DNA of 28,321 nucleotides from a bacterium (GTDB lineage Bacteria; Patescibacteriota; Minisyncoccia; Phycocordibacterales; Phycocordibacteraceae): NCBI GenBank assembly GCA_021817685.1, contig JAKAGD010000001.1, positions 1 to 28,321 of the forward strand, read 5' to 3'. Shown piece by piece: positions 27,130 to 28,321 of this stretch (position 1 is its first letter; each line of letters starts with the position of its first letter). The notes under the pieces were generated by a model. It saw only the letters and a program-made list of their open reading frames with translations, ran no database searches and was not told where the DNA came from. The position numbers and the translations under genes were made by a program.

Positions 27130-27258
27130 TACGGTCTCCTTTACGCGCAATGCGCGCTGATGTGGTTATAGGTGGAGGTTTGGCCGGATATGAAAATGAA
27201 CACAGCCGGACGAACTATATCATTTTTTATATAAAATGCAATCCCGCCCCGCGTGCTT

Positions 27259-27370
27259 GCTAAGAGTGCATTCGTTGCTCGGCTTGCTTGGTAGTAAGCA
27301 GGCTTTCTCCCTGCGCGCGCCTCGAACGAATGCGCTAAGAGTGCATTCGTTGCTCGGCTTGCTTGGTAGT
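27259..27370. repeat. Two identical 37-bp direct repeats separated by 38 bp
   Basis: GCTAAGAGTGCATTCGTTGCTCGGCTTGCTTGGTAGT at 27259-27295 and 27334-27370. Confidence 0.9.
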
Positions 27371-27577
27371 GAGCCAGTCCATCACTTTCTTGCGGTGCTG
27401 GTCCAGGGACCAGAGATTGCTCTTAAAGAGCGCGGTATGCGTTTTCCGGAACTCGCGCAGAAGCGCTGCGGACGCTCGGGGAAACTGGAGCGGCAGGCCC
27501 TGATTGTAGGACGCCAGGAAGGCCGAGAAGGGAACCATCTTCTCGCTCCGTGCGCGGTCCAGATCGGGCAATTTCAT
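27335..27577 (-). CDS. Small hypothetical protein, 80 aa
   Basis: Start reassigned to MKLPDLDR (TGGTACTAT 6 nt upstream); WSLDQHRKKVMDWL segment. Confidence 0.7.
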   Translation of the reverse strand: MKLPDLDRARSEKMVPFSAFLASYNQGLPLQFPRASAALLREFRKTHTALFKSNLWSLDQHRKKVMDWLTTKQAEQRMHS

Positions 27578-27676
27578 GCGTAAATAGTACCACGAACTTA
27601 TTGAAAAATCAATTTCTCGCCATGCGGCGGACGCGGATGCGGTTCGCCGGGTGGTATACTCCCCGCAACAATTTCC

Positions 27677-28258
27677 ATGAACTTCGACCTCTCCTGGTTC
27701 ACGCTTATCAACGGCCTCGCGGGCCATTCAATCATTGCAGACCGGCTCGGCGTATTTTTCGCGTCTTATGCGCAGTATGTGTGGGCCGCGGCGCTGTTCG
27801 TCCTCTTGTTCTGGCCGAAGGAGGCGCGCGCGAATAATCGCATAGTGATACTGGTCAGCGTTGCGGCGGCGGCCTTCGCGCGCCTCATTGTGAAAGGGCT
27901 CCTCGTGTTTGCCTACCCGCGCCCGCGCCCGTTCGTCGTGCTTCCGGACATCCACCCGCTCATTACGTCGCCCCTCGCCGAGAATTTCCAGTCGTTCCCT
28001 TCGGGGCACACTATATTCTTCTTTGCGCTTGCGACCGTCATCTACCTCTTCCATAAGAAGTGGGGAACCGCCGCGCTCATCGCCGCCGCGCTCATCGCGC
28101 TGTCGCGCATCTATGTCGGCGTCCACTGGCCGACCGACATCATCGGCGGAGCCGCACTCGGTATTCTCACCGGCTGGGCGATATACCGGTACTACACACA
28201 CCACAAAACGCACATAACAACCATGGTCGAGAGAGGGTTCAGTGCGCTGGGTCTTTAG
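27677..28258 (+). CDS. PAP2-family phosphatase (undecaprenyl-diphosphatase BcrC-like)
   Basis: KGLLVFAYPRPRP, SFPSGH and SRIYVGVHWPTD, i.e. the C1-C3 PAP2 motifs. Confidence 0.9.
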   Translation: MNFDLSWFTLINGLAGHSIIADRLGVFFASYAQYVWAAALFVLLFWPKEARANNRIVILVSVAAAAFARLIVKGLLVFAYPRPRPFVVLPDIHPLITSPLAENFQSFPSGHTIFFFALATVIYLFHKKWGTAALIAAALIALSRIYVGVHWPTDIIGGAALGILTGWAIYRYYTHHKTHITTMVERGFSALGL

Positions 28259-28321
28259 CGGCAGCCCCGCGTTACGCGGATCTTTTCATTTTTGACACCA
28301 GATCAATGATGGAGGGGGAGC

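Noticed and set aside
27259-27370. Mini CRISPR array (37-bp repeats, 38-bp spacer)
   Set aside because: There are only two repeats, one is coding sequence of the adjacent gene, there is no typical repeat terminus, the spacer is partly complementary to the repeat, and no cas genes are in the window.
28272-28321. Possible 3' end of a minus-strand CDS (...SPSIIDLVSKMKRSA*)
   Set aside because: Too short to support or identify; it is truncated by the window edge.

Overview
Gene-dense, high-GC bacterial window with about 34 supportable CDSs. No rRNA, tRNA, integrase, transposase or cas genes are recognisable. The gene content (CAP protein, PIF1-type helicase, GH130/HAD-IIB cluster, 3D-domain protein, CofE-like and SET-domain proteins, small Cys-rich exported proteins) and the near absence of Shine-Dalgarno sites suggest a Patescibacteria/CPR (Parcubacteria-like) genome; this is inference. 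Order: CAP protein (5' partial); 31-aa membrane peptide; tandem-DoxX protein and FAD-linked oxidase; small proteins; a MacAB-like ABC exporter whose ATPase carries a fused YHS domain; small membrane proteins; a type II P-ATPase; PIF1 helicase; a GH130/phosphomannomutase-like operon with an inserted ParB/Srx-like gene; a PanD homolog with a remodelled substrate pocket next to a divergent cysteine-synthase-fold PLP enzyme; a P1B-5-like ATPase; 3D, transglutaminase-like, CofE-like, SET and cold-shock genes; two PAP2-fold proteins; and a polysaccharide deacetylase. Best leads: the PanD variant that has lost Arg54 and carries NGPPA, the YHS-ABC ATPase fusion, apparent leaderless transcription, zero- or minimal-loop palindromes, and a 37-bp in-frame direct repeat. 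Several starts were moved relative to the ORF track, and three small ORFs missing from it were added. All family calls are from motif recognition by eye, not from database searches.
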